Source of the DNA: TPA_inf: Saccharomyces
Taxonomy: Eukaryota
Length of the DNA stretch: 64,000 nt
Direction of reading: 5' to 3'
Assembly (NCBI GenBank): GCA_000146045.2
Contig: BK006934.2
Span: forward strand, 32,001 to 96,000
A program made the translations under genes and the position numbers. Each line of letters begins with the position of its first letter. Within the stretch, counting starts at the first letter, position 1. Below are positions 63,118 to 64,000 of the stretch, in pieces. The notes below the pieces were generated by a model. The model searched no databases. It saw only the letters and a program-made list of their open reading frames with translations, and had not been told where the DNA came from.

Positions 63118-64000
63118 TTACTTTTGTTTATCATCTTCAGTTACGTCCAAATTTACGGTTTCTTTGCTATCGTTATTGTCGTCACAATTGTTTGTCTTAT
63201 TAATATGCTCGTTGTCGTTATCGTCGTCATTATCTTCATCAGCATCCATGTTCTCAGCTACTTTCTTCAATCTTGCTAACTTGACTAGCGGGGCCAATGA
63301 GGAATTGGCTTCAGCTATCTCCGTGATATATTCATCATGAAGCAATTCCGTAGCGCTTGCTCTATCTTCGGGCTCCACACATAAACACCAATCAAGGAAT
63401 TTTTTCAAGCTTGACGATAGATTCTCGGGTTCCTTTAACTTGGGTGTACCATTTGTAGCAATTAAATACAGTGCTCTTAGCGGGGTTTCATTTAAATATG
63501 GAGGCTCCCCCTCGATCATTTCAATGATCATGATACCCAACGACCAGATATCTACTTTTGGGCCATATTCTTTCCTAGAAACCACTTCAGGCGCCATCCA
63601 ATAAGGCGTTCCCACCATAGTAGTTCTTTTCAAGTTCAATTCATTGATTTGAGCGCAAAAACCGAAATCCGTTAACTTAATATCCCCTTCCATGGACAAT
63701 AGGATGTTATCGGATTTGATATCTCTGTGAAGAACACCTTTAGAATGTAAAAATTCCAACCCACTCAAAGTTTCTCTACAAACGGCACCAATTTGACCTT
63801 CTGTCAAAATACAATGGGTGACCACATCAGTTAAGGAGCCACCTTCCATGTATTCCATAATGACCCAAAGGTCGCCTTTTAAAACGTAAGAATCAATGAA
63901 ATTAACTATATTAGGGTGTTTGCTACCCTTCATGACCAGAATCTCATTGATGATTAGCTCCTTTTTTGGTTGCTTTTCGAGATTCATTTGCTTAATGGCC
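63118..64000 (-). CDS. STE20: C-terminal part of Ste20, a PAK-family Ser/Thr kinase (YHL007C). The kinase domain end and C-terminal tail are present. The CDS continues upstream past the right window edge and is 5'-truncated here.
   Basis: Kinase subdomains VIb-XI are visible ([36 protein letters not shown]), followed by an acidic tail ending DDKQK before the stop at 63118. Confidence 0.88.
   Translation of the reverse strand, partial: AIKQMNLEKQPKKELIINEILVMKGSKHPNIVNFIDSYVLKGDLWVIMEYMEGGSLTDVVTHCILTEGQIGAVCRETLSGLEFLHSKGVLHRDIKSDNILLSMEGDIKLTDFGFCAQINELNLKRTTMVGTPYWMAPEVVSRKEYGPKVDIWSLGIMIIEMIEGEPPYLNETPLRALYLIATNGTPKLKEPENLSSSLKKFLDWCLCVEPEDRASATELLHDEYITEIAEANSSLAPLVKLARLKKVAENMDADEDNDDDNDNEHINKTNNCDDNNDSKETVNLDVTEDDKQK

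Noticed and set aside
1-64000. Possibility that the window encodes a prokaryotic defence system, operon or CRISPR array.
   Set aside because: Every sizeable ORF matches a known S. cerevisiae chromosome VIII protein in the native gene order. The tRNA genes are eukaryotic Pol III genes. The tandem repeats present ((GATTAT)6, the WSC4 minisatellite, (AT)n, (CAA)n) lack CRISPR repeat-spacer architecture.

Overview
This 64-kb window is Saccharomyces cerevisiae nuclear DNA, not a prokaryotic locus. I identified it from the translated ORFs, recalled from memory rather than from a database hit. It matches the left arm of chromosome VIII. Assuming S288C and an offset of about +32,000, the window is roughly chrVIII:32,001-96,000 (inference from memory). 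Gene order is collinear with annotated YHL035C to YHL007C: the 5' end of VMR1 (runs off the left edge), SBP1, RPL8A, GUT1, GOS1, ECM29, OCA5, WSC4, RIM101, YHL026C, SNF6, RIM4, NPR3, tRNA-His(GUG), SPO11, AIM17, OPI1, APM2, YHL018W, YHL017W, DUR3, RPS20, YLF2, OTU2, YHL012W, PRS3, ETP1, YAP3, tRNA-Val(AAC), a truncated Ty3 sigma remnant, a full-length Ty4 retrotransposon (intact TYA/TYB, 371-bp LTRs, CATAC target-site duplication), an inverted Ty1/Ty2 delta solo LTR with extra delta fragments, YHL008C, and the 3' end of STE20 (runs off the right edge). I found no introns in any gene here. I see no CRISPR array, operon or defence-island architecture, and I do not think a previously undescribed system is present. 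The most system-like structure is the nested Ty4/sigma/delta hotspot upstream of tRNA-Val. Second-look items are mainly promoter elements, coding and intergenic repeats, and poorly characterised enzyme homologues (YHL018W, AIM17, YHL008C, YHL012W). The supplied ORF track appears to accept non-ATG starts (TTG, GTG) and print them as M. I trimmed several N-termini to the first ATG that gives the known protein length.
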